Virus record (IMG/VR): IMGVR_UViG_3300020393_000002
Location: 1-59,534 of that record
Source of the DNA: a virus
Taxonomy: Duplodnaviria > Caudoviricetes
Direction: 5' to 3' (one strand)
Length of the DNA: 59,534 bases
A program made the position numbers and the translations under genes. Shown piece by piece: positions 39,537 to 48,736 of this stretch. The notes under the pieces are model-generated. The model ran no database searches and was not told the DNA's origin. It saw only the letters and a program-made list of their open reading frames with translations. Within the stretch, counting starts at the first letter, position 1. Each line of letters starts with the position of its first letter.

Positions 39537-40342
39537 TATGCACTCTCCTTTTTAGTATTTTCGCCTATCCATTTCATTAACTCTTTATATCCGTCTTCAT
39601 TTTTTTCTTTGTAAATAAGAAAGAGTTCTTCGTTTTTATTGTATAATTCTAGAGCTTGTTCATAGTTAAAATTATACATCTCTTTAATAAAACCTTTTGT
39701 TGAGGTTATTAAATCTTCTTCTGTATCTATCCTTTGCTCACTTTCATCTAGAGCCACTAGATACTTTGTTTCTCCAAAATACTTAACCAACTCAGCATCA
39801 GGAAAGTGTTTTATTATTTCTTTAATATTTTCATCTTTCTCTGCTAAATCATGAAGTTCTTCTTTTGGTGTTTTGTTTTCTCTAGGTGGTTTTTTGGTTT
39901 TTATTTCCTTACCCTCTTCAAGCTCGTCTATTTCAGCCTGAGAATAAAAGTCTCCATGAACACCCAAGAGTTTTAATATTACACGATCAATAGCTCTTTT
40001 CTCAGCCATGGCATAAGGATAAGAGCTTTGCTTTGCATATGTCTTATAATTGTCAGGACTAACCTCTCCAATCGACCAAGCAGTATTCTTGCCCTTGCCA
40101 TCATCTATGTAACCTTGAACAACAAGTGAAACTATTTTCTTTTCAGTATCACTTTCAATAATTTTAGGTGCATCAAACCACATACCAAGATGTGCAGATA
40201 TTTTTTCTAGTGCTTTGTGTTTTACAATCATAACACTTTGGTTTTGTGGTAATGACCATACTGCACTAGATCTGTCTTTAAGGTCTACAACCTCTCCAAC
40301 TTCTTTAAGAAGTTTTTCTAGTTTCTCATTTATTTGAGCCAT
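39536..40342 (-). CDS. putative ssDNA-annealing recombinase
   Basis: YPYAMAEKRAIDRVILK motif; lies between exonuclease and SSB. Confidence 0.5.
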   Translation of the reverse strand: MAQINEKLEKLLKEVGEVVDLKDRSSAVWSLPQNQSVMIVKHKALEKISAHLGMWFDAPKIIESDTEKKIVSLVVQGYIDDGKGKNTAWSIGEVSPDNYKTYAKQSSYPYAMAEKRAIDRVILKLLGVHGDFYSQAEIDELEEGKEIKTKKPPRENKTPKEELHDLAEKDENIKEIIKHFPDAELVKYFGETKYLVALDESEQRIDTEEDLITSTKGFIKEMYNFNYEQALELYNKNEELFLIYKEKNEDGYKELMKWIGENTKKESA

Positions 40343-40613
40343 TAAATACCCCCATAAGTTTTTTGATCCAAGCTATAATGAAGAAATCTTTGTATTCTTT
40401 TTGTGATTTCTTTGTAGCCTCTTTTATGTGCTTTTTATAAGCCTCTTCTTTTGTAGGTGGTTTTAATTTAACAACACCACTCTTCTTGACTTTCCTAATT
40501 ACTTTCTTAGGCTTGACGTAAGCCTCGTTCTCAGGTGTACTTGGGTCATCAGCAATAAACTTACCTTTTGCAGTTCTTGCTCTAACCCTCTTTTCTTTTT
40601 TTTCTTTTGCCAT
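40326..40613 (-). CDS. basic hypothetical protein
   Basis: RAR..KG.F.ADDP.TP.NEA motif; start moved to ATG 40613. Confidence 0.6.
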   Translation of the reverse strand: MAKEKKEKRVRARTAKGKFIADDPSTPENEAYVKPKKVIRKVKKSGVVKLKPPTKEEAYKKHIKEATKKSQKEYKDFFIIAWIKKLMGVFNGSNK

Positions 40614-40615
40614 TT

Positions 40616-41545
40616 TTATTCTCCTATGTATTGTTGACAAAACTGTGCAACAGAGCAGTAATTACCCTTGCACCTATTATATTCGCCTTGGCGAAATTCC
40701 ATTTCTAAATCTGTTTTTTTGGCATAGGCTTTGTCGGTTTCATTGTGCCAATCCATATATTTGATAGCCTCTTCTTCACTATCTAAAACTCTTAATGCCC
40801 TCTTCTGACCTTTCTTTTTTACTGCCCATGCATCATTTTTTTTCCATCTTTCCTCGTCAGAACAAAGAGGCATTTCTTCGTTTATGTCAAAATTTACCTG
40901 AGCATCTTGATGTTTATTAATCCTATCCCTGATATAACTTTCTCTTTCTTCTTTGCTCCACAAAGGTATGTCCACAACAACTATTGGTGTCTGTGGATAG
41001 TTTTCTTTTTTCTCGGCATCTCTTCTGTTCCAATCCCTCAGGATTGCACATATGTTGAGTTGCTTAACTTCTTTTTTTTGTTTTGAAAATTCTGTAAATA
41101 TTGGGTGGTAGTTGTTTTCACATAGGTAAGCATAACAATTTAACTGCCTTTCCCATTCTATCTTTCCGTAAATCACAGACCATACCGAGGTAACTTTATA
41201 ATCAACGATAGTAATCTTTCCGTCTGTTTTATCTATCTCTTGTCTATCTATAGCACCTGATAAAACCCAACCATCAACCTCAGAGTAAAGACGTTGTTCA
41301 GTTTCAGAATAAATATCATCTTCTGATCTTTCTAATATTGAATGTACTGAAGTTCCAAAGATTGACCATATCTGATCTACTGCATCAATCTCTATCTGAT
41401 CGTTATACTTTTGTCTCATTAAAGATATTTTAGGACTATCTATCAAAGACGTTACTGATATGTCTGCTTTACCTTTGTTGTATTTATCGTTTTTTATAAA
41501 ATCAACAAATGGTTGTGGCAAACCAAATTTATTGGTAATCTTCAT
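40616..41545 (-). CDS. Cas4/RecB-like PD-(D/E)XK exonuclease
   Basis: GTSVH, LSGAID, IVDYK, QLNCY, C-terminal RC..YC....FC. Confidence 0.8.
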   Translation of the reverse strand: MKITNKFGLPQPFVDFIKNDKYNKGKADISVTSLIDSPKISLMRQKYNDQIEIDAVDQIWSIFGTSVHSILERSEDDIYSETEQRLYSEVDGWVLSGAIDRQEIDKTDGKITIVDYKVTSVWSVIYGKIEWERQLNCYAYLCENNYHPIFTEFSKQKKEVKQLNICAILRDWNRRDAEKKENYPQTPIVVVDIPLWSKEERESYIRDRINKHQDAQVNFDINEEMPLCSDEERWKKNDAWAVKKKGQKRALRVLDSEEEAIKYMDWHNETDKAYAKKTDLEMEFRQGEYNRCKGNYCSVAQFCQQYIGE

Positions 41546-41569
41546 GTAAAACTCCTATGTGTAATTTTA

Positions 41570-41597
41570 GGTATATCATAGAGTATAATAATGTCAA
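41570..41597 (-). promoter_or_regulatory. sigma70-like promoter for the leftward recombination operon
   Basis: TTGACA-N16-TATACC upstream of the AGGAG RBS of 41545. Confidence 0.5.
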
Positions 41598-41983
41598 ATA
41601 AAATATATCCTAGTATAAAATTTGTTGTCGAGGGCGAACCAGCATCAAAGGCGAACTCACGAAAAATAGTAAGATTTGGAAAAAAATTTGGTGTGATTAA
41701 ATCTGAAAAAGCTAGAAATTATGTAAAGTCTTTTCAAGAACAATGCCCTAAATTAGAAAAACTTATTGAACTTGATGTCATTGTTGAGATAAAAATATAT
41801 TATCAGTCTAGGAGACCTGATTTAGATGAAAGCGTTATCTTGGACTGTATGCAAGGTTTTATCTATGCTAACGACAGACAAGTTAAGCAAAAACATATAT
41901 ACTGGGGTCTCGATAGGGAGCAACCAAGAACTCACATCAGAGTTACGCCTATGGAGACTAGTCGTGTGCCAAGCGATTTCTGA
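41591..41983 (+). CDS. rusA: RusA-like Holliday junction resolvase
   Basis: P.SKAN, RPDLD...ILD, NDRQV, PRT. Confidence 0.75.
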   Translation: MSNKIYPSIKFVVEGEPASKANSRKIVRFGKKFGVIKSEKARNYVKSFQEQCPKLEKLIELDVIVEIKIYYQSRRPDLDESVILDCMQGFIYANDRQVKQKHIYWGLDREQPRTHIRVTPMETSRVPSDF

Positions 41984-42185
41984 TAGCTATCTAGGAACGA
42001 GTAAAGAAAAATTAGCTATTGGTATATGGATTAGTGGCAATGACTGCGATCATGTGTGCGATCTCGCAGATTTAAATGCCGAGAATATCAAAAAAGCAAT
42101 CAAAGAAATTTTAGAGAGCAAACCTATCGTTGGAAGATATCTAGGCGAAAAACTAAAAAAAATAATTCAAAATTATTCTAACTAG
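41826..42185 (+). CDS. conserved phage hypothetical protein
   Basis: LWR.VV.QAI.D...W...VCDLA motif; true start probably downstream (41865). Confidence 0.55.
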   Translation: MKALSWTVCKVLSMLTTDKLSKNIYTGVSIGSNQELTSELRLWRLVVCQAISDSYLGTSKEKLAIGIWISGNDCDHVCDLADLNAENIKKAIKEILESKPIVGRYLGEKLKKIIQNYSN

Positions 42186-42250
42186 TATAACTAGTATATA
42201 CTAGTATATTTATTTATTACTAGTATTAGTATTACTAGTATATACTAGTA
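42181..42250. repeat. ACTAGT array (6 copies), candidate replication origin
   Basis: Copies at 42181, 42190, 42200, 42219, 42234, 42244 in near-pure AT sequence. Confidence 0.85.
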
Positions 42251-42325
42251 TAGGGCAAAAGTTATCGATAATTTAGGAATGTTTTCTGGCAGCCAATGGA
42301 GTAGGACACGATATCCTGAACTTAT

Positions 42326-42375
42326 AAGTTAAAGTTAACTTTTGTCTTGATTATAATTTTTTTTCTAATTATGTT
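42326..42375 (+). promoter_or_regulatory. operator plus sigma70-like promoter of the primase-helicase
   Basis: AAGTTAAAGTTAACTT (42326-42341), then TTGATT-N17-TATGTT. Confidence 0.55.
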
Positions 42376-42401
42376 TGCTGTGTAACACATGGAGAAAGAT
42401 T

Positions 42402-44180
42402 ATGGAAAATAACGAAAGCATCAAGTCTGATGCCCTGAGATTGGGTTTAGGTCAGCACAAAATATTCTGCCCTTTTTGTTCTAGTAAAAGGAAAAAGAAA
42501 CATATCAAAACATTATCATTAAAGGTTGAGGATAACTCGATAGTTTATAATTGTTGGCATTGTGCAGAAGATGGTGCAATAAAAATCAAACACAACAATT
42601 TTAGATTAATTAGGAGAGAACCTTTGAGCAAGGCAATAGAGGATAATTGGGATATCATAGACAACAAAGCAATAAACTATTTAAAAACACGAGGGATATC
42701 AAAAGATACTGCTATTTCCTCAGGTCTTAAATTAACTAAAAAATTTATATCCACGAGTAATAAAGAAGAGGATTGTATAGTATTTCCGTACTTCAATAAT
42801 GGTATTATCGAGTATGCAAAAATGAGAAGTTTCCCATCAAAGGGATTTACAAGTCATGGGTCAGCATTAAACTTTTACAACATTGACAGTATCAAAGAAA
42901 AAGATTGGGTAATAATTTGTGAGGGGGAAATTGATTGTCTGAGCTTTAAAGAGATAGGACTTAATCAGGTTGTGTCTATACCTCATGGAGCAGTTGCAAA
43001 AGTTGTTGACGGCAAGATTGACCCCAAGGAAGATACAAAGTTTAAGTTTATTTGGAATGCAAAATCAAAGCTAGATAAATGCTCAAAAATTATATTGGCA
43101 TTAGATAACGATAAGTCAGGTCAGGCAATGTCTGAAGAGATTGCTAGAAGAGTTGGCAAGGATAGATGTTGGAAAATAGAATATCCAAAAGATTGTAAAG
43201 ATGCTAATGAGGTTTTAACAAAACATGGTGCAGAGCAATTAGATAAGATAGCCACGACACCAATACCATATCCCGTATCGGGATTGTATGATGCCTCACA
43301 TTTTTTTGAGGAGCTTGACGATATCTACGAGCAAGGCATAGGCAAGGGTGTTTCGACAGGTTATCCTGAGGTAGACGAATTATACACCATTGTTGAGGGT
43401 CAGCTATCCGTGGTTACAGGACACCCATCAAGTGGCAAATCTGAGTTTATAGATCAGATAATGATTAATATTGCCAAGGAAAAAGGTTGGAAGTTCGGCA
43501 TATGCTCTTTTGAAAATGAGCCTAGAATACACATATCAAAGCTGATTAGTAAGTATTTAAGAAAACCATTTTTTGATGGTGCAACTGAGAGAATGACACC
43601 TGCTGATCTAGCCGTAGGCAAAAAATTTGTTCAAGAACATTTTAGTTTTTTGTATCAGGCAGATGGTTCTTTGTCTTCGCTAGACAGTATTATTGAAAGA
43701 ATGAAAGTTGCAGTAATGAGATATGGGGTCAGGGGCATTATCATTGACCCATATAATTATATTGCTAGAGACCCCAACACTTCTGAAACAGATTGGATAT
43801 CAGATATGCTAACTAAGCTGAGAGTTTTTGCTCAGGCTCATAGCATACATATTTGGTTTGTTGCCCACCCAACAAAGATGATGCGAAAAGATGACGGCAC
43901 AGTACCACCACCAAAGGGTTACGATATATCAGGTAGTGCCTCATGGTTTGCAAAGGCAGATGTAGGATTAACTGTTCATAGACCTAATCCATCTAACTCA
44001 AATATTAGTGAGGTCTTGATATGGAAGTGTAGGTTTTCATGGGTCGGTTCGATAGGCGAATGTAGCCTGATGTTTGATAAAGCAACCACATCATATAACG
44101 GCATGGGTAAATTTTTTGAAACTAATAAAATGCTTATGCCTGACATTGTAGAAGATGATGAAAAAGAAGTACCATTCTAA
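42402..44180 (+). CDS. DNA primase-helicase (T7 gp4/Twinkle-like)
   Basis: CPFC/CWHC zinc finger; TOPRIM EGEID, DND, KDANE; Walker A TGHPSSGKS; Walker B IIIDP. Confidence 0.92.
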   Translation: MENNESIKSDALRLGLGQHKIFCPFCSSKRKKKHIKTLSLKVEDNSIVYNCWHCAEDGAIKIKHNNFRLIRREPLSKAIEDNWDIIDNKAINYLKTRGISKDTAISSGLKLTKKFISTSNKEEDCIVFPYFNNGIIEYAKMRSFPSKGFTSHGSALNFYNIDSIKEKDWVIICEGEIDCLSFKEIGLNQVVSIPHGAVAKVVDGKIDPKEDTKFKFIWNAKSKLDKCSKIILALDNDKSGQAMSEEIARRVGKDRCWKIEYPKDCKDANEVLTKHGAEQLDKIATTPIPYPVSGLYDASHFFEELDDIYEQGIGKGVSTGYPEVDELYTIVEGQLSVVTGHPSSGKSEFIDQIMINIAKEKGWKFGICSFENEPRIHISKLISKYLRKPFFDGATERMTPADLAVGKKFVQEHFSFLYQADGSLSSLDSIIERMKVAVMRYGVRGIIIDPYNYIARDPNTSETDWISDMLTKLRVFAQAHSIHIWFVAHPTKMMRKDDGTVPPPKGYDISGSASWFAKADVGLTVHRPNPSNSNISEVLIWKCRFSWVGSIGECSLMFDKATTSYNGMGKFFETNKMLMPDIVEDDEKEVPF

Positions 44181-44628
44181 AAACGTCTACCAACGAGACA
44201 ACAAAACCCTCAAGCCTGAGTTCATAGGCAACACTAACAATGTGAGAATGAGAGTAGTTGACCAAAATGTTTTGGATAAACTGCTTTTAAATAATGTAAT
44301 TTGCCTGAGCCATTTTAAAACTTTGGATAAACTTTTAGGAGATTATAATAAGTCAGGTTTGGTTGGGGTAAAGGCTATGAATTATATGCCTCGTGTAGTT
44401 GGTGATAACAAAAATTTTGATGGACATAATATTCTAAGATCAAAAGTAATGGATTGCCTCAAGTATGTAAAAAAAGAATTACATAAAGATCACTACATAA
44501 TTTTAAATAAACTTTTGTCTAATCAGGAATTATTTTCCAAGGATATGGAATGGTTGGGGAATGAAGAAAATGTGGAAAGTCTATCTACGATAATAGATAA
44601 ATTTTATTTGATGTGGAATAATAGTTGA
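44155..44628 (+). CDS. hypothetical protein
   Basis: 157-aa ORF overlapping the helicase end. Confidence 0.6.
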   Translation: MMKKKYHSKNVYQRDNKTLKPEFIGNTNNVRMRVVDQNVLDKLLLNNVICLSHFKTLDKLLGDYNKSGLVGVKAMNYMPRVVGDNKNFDGHNILRSKVMDCLKYVKKELHKDHYIILNKLLSNQELFSKDMEWLGNEENVESLSTIIDKFYLMWNNS

Positions 44629-44686
44629 CACGAAACTTTTATGGGAATAATTATAAACTGTGAAAAACTCACAAACTATGTGTTAC

Positions 44687-44727
44687 GGCTAGGAGAGATT
44701 TCATGCTTTCTCCAATCTCTCCTAGTC
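44687..44727. terminator. hairpin between convergent operons
   Basis: Perfect 12-bp stem CTAGGAGAGATT/AATCTCTCCTAG. Confidence 0.55.
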
Positions 44728-44733
44728 CTCTTA

Positions 44734-44749
44734 AAGTTACCATTAACTT
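44734..44749. promoter_or_regulatory. operator copy
   Basis: AAGTTACCATTAACTT. Confidence 0.6.
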
Positions 44750-45022
44750 TTAGAAGTTTTCGAAAGTGCTAGACTTTCTAGCATGGTGCAAATTAGATGT
44801 AGGTTGTTTAACTACCCTACCAATATATCTATCGCTATCGCCATTTGGGTGGTCTTCAAATCTTTCATCTAGTCCAAGTTCTTGTGGGGTCATCTTTTCA
44901 TTTCTTTTATAAAGATCTCTTTGTAGGTCAACAATAGAGTTTCTGTATCTATGACCTTTAGATCTGCCTTTAAGTTTACTGTAAGTTGTTGCCATTATTA
45001 CAATCTCCCATTTAATAAGCAT
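44750..45022 (-). CDS. hypothetical protein
   Basis: FEDHP motif; likely start at the internal MATT after GGAG. Confidence 0.55.
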   Translation of the reverse strand: MLIKWEIVIMATTYSKLKGRSKGHRYRNSIVDLQRDLYKRNEKMTPQELGLDERFEDHPNGDSDRYIGRVVKQPTSNLHHARKSSTFENF

Positions 45023-45309
45023 ATACTCTTCATACAGAGCATTTAGTTAGTTTTGCTAGTATTCGTACAGAGGGGTCTGCAACCCCCTCTGTACAAGGCT
45101 CTGAGAGCCTTTTTTGTGCAAGTTTCCATATCTTAACATCACTATTATTTACGGAGTTCGTGTTTTGCCCATTGTAGCCATATGTATAATAATCTACATG
45201 GGGTTATGGCTACATAGGGAGATATAGCATTTAGGTAGGGGAGAATAATTCATAAAAAACCCCAAGGCATATGCACATACCCACCAAATAAAGGAGTGAA
45301 CTCCAACCC

Positions 45310-45501
45310 CTATTCTTTAAAAAAGATACTAAAAAAACTTATTAATACCATGGTCAATCCTACAGAACCTATAAACAAAGTAAAGATAATTCCCTCTATA
45401 CTTTGCATATAATATCCATCAGGATTAGCCAAGGTAACACTAGACATAAGCACAACACAAATGCCCATTAAGAATAATAAAAAACGATCTAAATTATCCA
45501 T
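45310..45501 (-). CDS. small two-TM membrane protein
   Basis: Two hydrophobic segments. Confidence 0.6.
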   Translation of the reverse strand: MDNLDRFLLFLMGICVVLMSSVTLANPDGYYMQSIEGIIFTLFIGSVGLTMVLISFFSIFFKE

Positions 45502-45709
45502 AATATTTTTTCTCCCATTCTTTAATTAAGTTTTTAATTTGCATAGCCATTTCATATCGACCATCAAGAATACCTAGCTCTCGACTATCAACATCATCTT
45601 CATGGCTATGGCTATTATAAGTGCTTATCTCTGAAGATATTTCTTTTTTAATCTTAGCGATAAGTTGATTAGATAAATCGTCAGGATTATTTCGCATTTT
45701 TATCTCCAT
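45494..45709 (-). CDS. hypothetical protein
   Basis: Overlapping ORF chain; GI.DGR.E.A motif. Confidence 0.6.
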   Translation of the reverse strand: MEIKMRNNPDDLSNQLIAKIKKEISSEISTYNSHSHEDDVDSRELGILDGRYEMAMQIKNLIKEWEKKYYG

Positions 45710-46016
45710 GAATATATTTCATAAAATTTTTCATATCTTCTTGAGAAAGATGAATTACTCCCTCTTCGACCCACTCTCCATTTTCAAACATATCTATACC
45801 ATTTTTGCTTAAAATAAATTCTCTAAAACTAGGAACTTTTAGGAAAGCCTCGACCATTAGACCATGAGATTTACTCATAGAAGATATACCACTTTCCCAT
45901 CTAGGAATAGTTGAACTTCCAAAGCCTAATAACCTTGATAGTTCTTTAGCATTTTTATATCCCAATTCTTTTCTCAGAGATTTCATTTCATTTACATTTA
46001 TAGTTTCGATCTGCAT
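45687..46016 (-). CDS. XRE-family HTH transcriptional regulator
   Basis: KSLRKELG...ELSRLLG...STIPRWESG. Confidence 0.8.
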   Translation of the reverse strand: MQIETINVNEMKSLRKELGYKNAKELSRLLGFGSSTIPRWESGISSMSKSHGLMVEAFLKVPSFREFILSKNGIDMFENGEWVEEGVIHLSQEDMKNFMKYIHGDKNAK

Positions 46017-46249
46017 TAGTACCCTCTTTTAATTACATTTAAATATTTATCTAGTAGATGGGCATTATGAAAATCTTGATCTTTCATTAGCTCTAGTCTT
46101 TTTTCATCTACTAACTTCTCGATATTTTTTATGGCATCATGCCAAGTGATTTCGTAATCGAAATCAGGTGGCAATTCTTTCCAATATATTTTTTTTCTAT
46201 CGGATAACCATTTTTTAGATTTTGCTTTATTATCTATTTTAGGCATCAA
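46016..46249 (-). CDS. hypothetical protein
   Basis: Coupled ORF in the early operon. Confidence 0.6.
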   Translation of the reverse strand: MMPKIDNKAKSKKWLSDRKKIYWKELPPDFDYEITWHDAIKNIEKLVDEKRLELMKDQDFHNAHLLDKYLNVIKRGY

Positions 46250-46470
46250 TAACTCCTTTCAGTTATTTTAATCATGTTATCAACATGGGTTTTAAATTCG
46301 ATTTCTTTTAATGGTCTACTATTAATTCCATAATAAAAGAAAACAACATTGTCAGGATTATCTCTTTTGGAGATATCGTGAATAAACTCGATATCCCCAT
46401 TGTCAGTAATCTTAATTCTGCTTTTGTAGACATAACCCCTATGATAGTAGTTCAGCTTTTTACTGCTCAT
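46246..46470 (-). CDS. hypothetical protein
   Basis: Coupled ORF with G-rich RBS. Confidence 0.6.
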   Translation of the reverse strand: MSSKKLNYYHRGYVYKSRIKITDNGDIEFIHDISKRDNPDNVVFFYYGINSRPLKEIEFKTHVDNMIKITERSY

Positions 46471-46487
46471 GCTAGACCCCCCTGAGT

Positions 46488-47540
46488 TTAGATGGCGAGT
46501 GAGTTTGTTATACCTGAGACTAATCGCCCTGATATAGTATTCTCAGCTATCCTGAGGTTCTCATTACAAGCAGTAAAACATTCGCCCATAGTATCGAACT
46601 GCTGAGGTGCAAATGTTCTGTCGCTATCTTCAATGTGTTGTTTACCCTCAGGGTGCTTTTCGTATGCCTTGTTCTGATAAGATACAAGATATAAATCTTT
46701 TATCACATCAATTAAGCCATGATGTGCTTTGATTATATCAGCCTTATAAACATCTATGCCCTGAGACTTTAACCTTTGTATAGGCATAGGCTTTGCCCTG
46801 ATAACCATACAAGGTCTAGACTTGTAAACAACAGAGGACAAGCCATGTCGGTATACTTGCAGATACCATAGAGGTGGTATCAACAATCCATTTCTTTTAT
46901 TCCAACTGTCCTTGTCTCCACTATTTTGAACTGTGTATACATTGTCCACACAAGTGAAATCTTTCTTATCATTTATTACAGATTTCTTTTCATTGTAAGA
47001 ACCATATCTATCAATAGCTAAGTCGGACATACCTTGAATACCTAAGCTAACACTTGTTCTATCGTGGTTTTCTCTCCACCACTCCTGACAAGTCTTTAAT
47101 GATACAGTTGCCCATTTCTTAATTACATCAGGCTTGTCTATAAAATCCTGATCTAATCTAGATCTTTTCTTAGCCTGATTTCTGTACTTTCTGATCTGAC
47201 CTAATAGATCAGCGACATACTGTAACGATCTTCTTCTATCGTAGTCAGTAAACTTATTCATCTTCTGAACCATTTGCCTAAAGCCGTTATCTTTAGCATC
47301 TCCGTCATAATCGTATTCATGTCTTCCATGCTTGTAATAATGGTGCATATCTCGCATCTCTAATCCTGAGAGACCATGTATCTCTTTGTATGCTTTTAGC
47401 ATCTCGGAGTTTTTACAACTCATAAAGTAATCGTAACACTCCATATGCTTGGCTTTTGTTTCTGCCTTGGTGGGATATTCTTTATTAGTCATGTAATCTG
47501 ATATAGATCTCATGGACATATTCTTTTTAAACTTATTCAT
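46488..47540 (-). CDS. hypothetical protein
   Basis: Long ORF; start moved to ATG 47540 (AAGGAG RBS). Confidence 0.7.
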   Translation of the reverse strand: MNKFKKNMSMRSISDYMTNKEYPTKAETKAKHMECYDYFMSCKNSEMLKAYKEIHGLSGLEMRDMHHYYKHGRHEYDYDGDAKDNGFRQMVQKMNKFTDYDRRRSLQYVADLLGQIRKYRNQAKKRSRLDQDFIDKPDVIKKWATVSLKTCQEWWRENHDRTSVSLGIQGMSDLAIDRYGSYNEKKSVINDKKDFTCVDNVYTVQNSGDKDSWNKRNGLLIPPLWYLQVYRHGLSSVVYKSRPCMVIRAKPMPIQRLKSQGIDVYKADIIKAHHGLIDVIKDLYLVSYQNKAYEKHPEGKQHIEDSDRTFAPQQFDTMGECFTACNENLRIAENTISGRLVSGITNSLAI

Positions 47541-47574
47541 TAAAAGCTCCTTAAAGTTAAGATTAAACCCACAG

Positions 47575-47590
47575 AAGTTAACAGTAACTT
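47575..47590. promoter_or_regulatory. operator copy
   Basis: AAGTTAACAGTAACTT; degenerate second copy at 47554. Confidence 0.6.
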
Positions 47591-47603
47591 CTATGGGCAT
47601 AGT

Positions 47604-48728
47604 TTAGATATTGAGGAAAGTTATTTCCCCAATCGGTGGTGTCTTTGCCCTGAGGTCAGTTGATACCCAAAGTAATGGGTAGTCGACATACTCAGGGAAA
47701 TCATGAAACCCCATGTCTGTAATGCAAACCATACTGTCGACATTTACATTATTGTCTTCAATATATTTGAACACACACATTGGGTCAGTACCCCCACGAC
47801 CTTTTACGTTTAGGTTCTCAATAATATCTCCTCTCTCATACCTCTCTTGTTTTTGTATAGAGGTATCAGCATAGTAAACAGTTATTGAGTTAGGTTGCAT
47901 ATCCTCAGAGATAGCATTGATTTCTCCGAGGGCATGGGATAGCTCTTTTCTAGAAACAGATGCTGAGGTATCTACCCAAATAATCACATCTCCACAAGAC
48001 ATCTTCAAAGTGCTTGGATTGTAAATATTGAAACAATGATAAGCTCTTCTATTCGGTCTCGCATATGTGTAGTTCTCAGGTTGATCTCCCCCAACAACTC
48101 TTCTAATTACAGAAGACCAATCAACTTGCGACCTTTCCATTTCTTTTATGATATCTTTAATATCACTTGGAAGATTACCAATTGATTTAGTATTCTGTAC
48201 TGCCATGGTTACTTGTTGCTTAATGATAGCCTCTTCTTTTTTAATCTGCTCTTCGGACATATCATTAGGCATAACCATACCCCAACTACATTGGTTAGGT
48301 TTTTTCTCAGCCTCGCTTTCCAATAGCTTATATATTTTCTCAGCACCCATATCATTATACTTAGGGTCATATAAGCCATCTTTCGGCATGGTCATACCTG
48401 ACTTAATCAAGATTGAGTTAATGGCATAATCAGTAGCTATATTCCATAGCTCCTTGTCTCTAGAACTCATTCTAAGATGATGCCTCAAAACTCTATGCAT
48501 AGCCTCATGGCATCTTACAAAGTCTAGCTCTGCCTCAGTTAATTTGTCAGACCACTCAGGATTATAGAAGATATCTTTTCCATCAGTTGCCATAGTTGGA
48601 ATATCTATCTTTTCTATCATCTCCATTTGAGTAAGGATTGAGAAATAAAATCCCCAACCCTTTTTCTCTTTGTCGACCATTAACTTGATATTAGATCTAG
48701 ATATTTTGGTTTTTAAATCCTTAACCAT
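47604..48728 (-). CDS. DUF2201-like metallopeptidase + VWA protein
   Basis: TMATDG, HEAMH, VDTSASVS (MIDAS), GRGGTD, ITD. Confidence 0.85.
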   Translation of the reverse strand: MVKDLKTKISRSNIKLMVDKEKKGWGFYFSILTQMEMIEKIDIPTMATDGKDIFYNPEWSDKLTEAELDFVRCHEAMHRVLRHHLRMSSRDKELWNIATDYAINSILIKSGMTMPKDGLYDPKYNDMGAEKIYKLLESEAEKKPNQCSWGMVMPNDMSEEQIKKEEAIIKQQVTMAVQNTKSIGNLPSDIKDIIKEMERSQVDWSSVIRRVVGGDQPENYTYARPNRRAYHCFNIYNPSTLKMSCGDVIIWVDTSASVSRKELSHALGEINAISEDMQPNSITVYYADTSIQKQERYERGDIIENLNVKGRGGTDPMCVFKYIEDNNVNVDSMVCITDMGFHDFPEYVDYPLLWVSTDLRAKTPPIGEITFLNI

Positions 48729-48736
48729 TTTATCTC

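Noticed and set aside
45241-45310. tRNA-like element
   Set aside because: No T-loop GTTCRA consensus or cloverleaf
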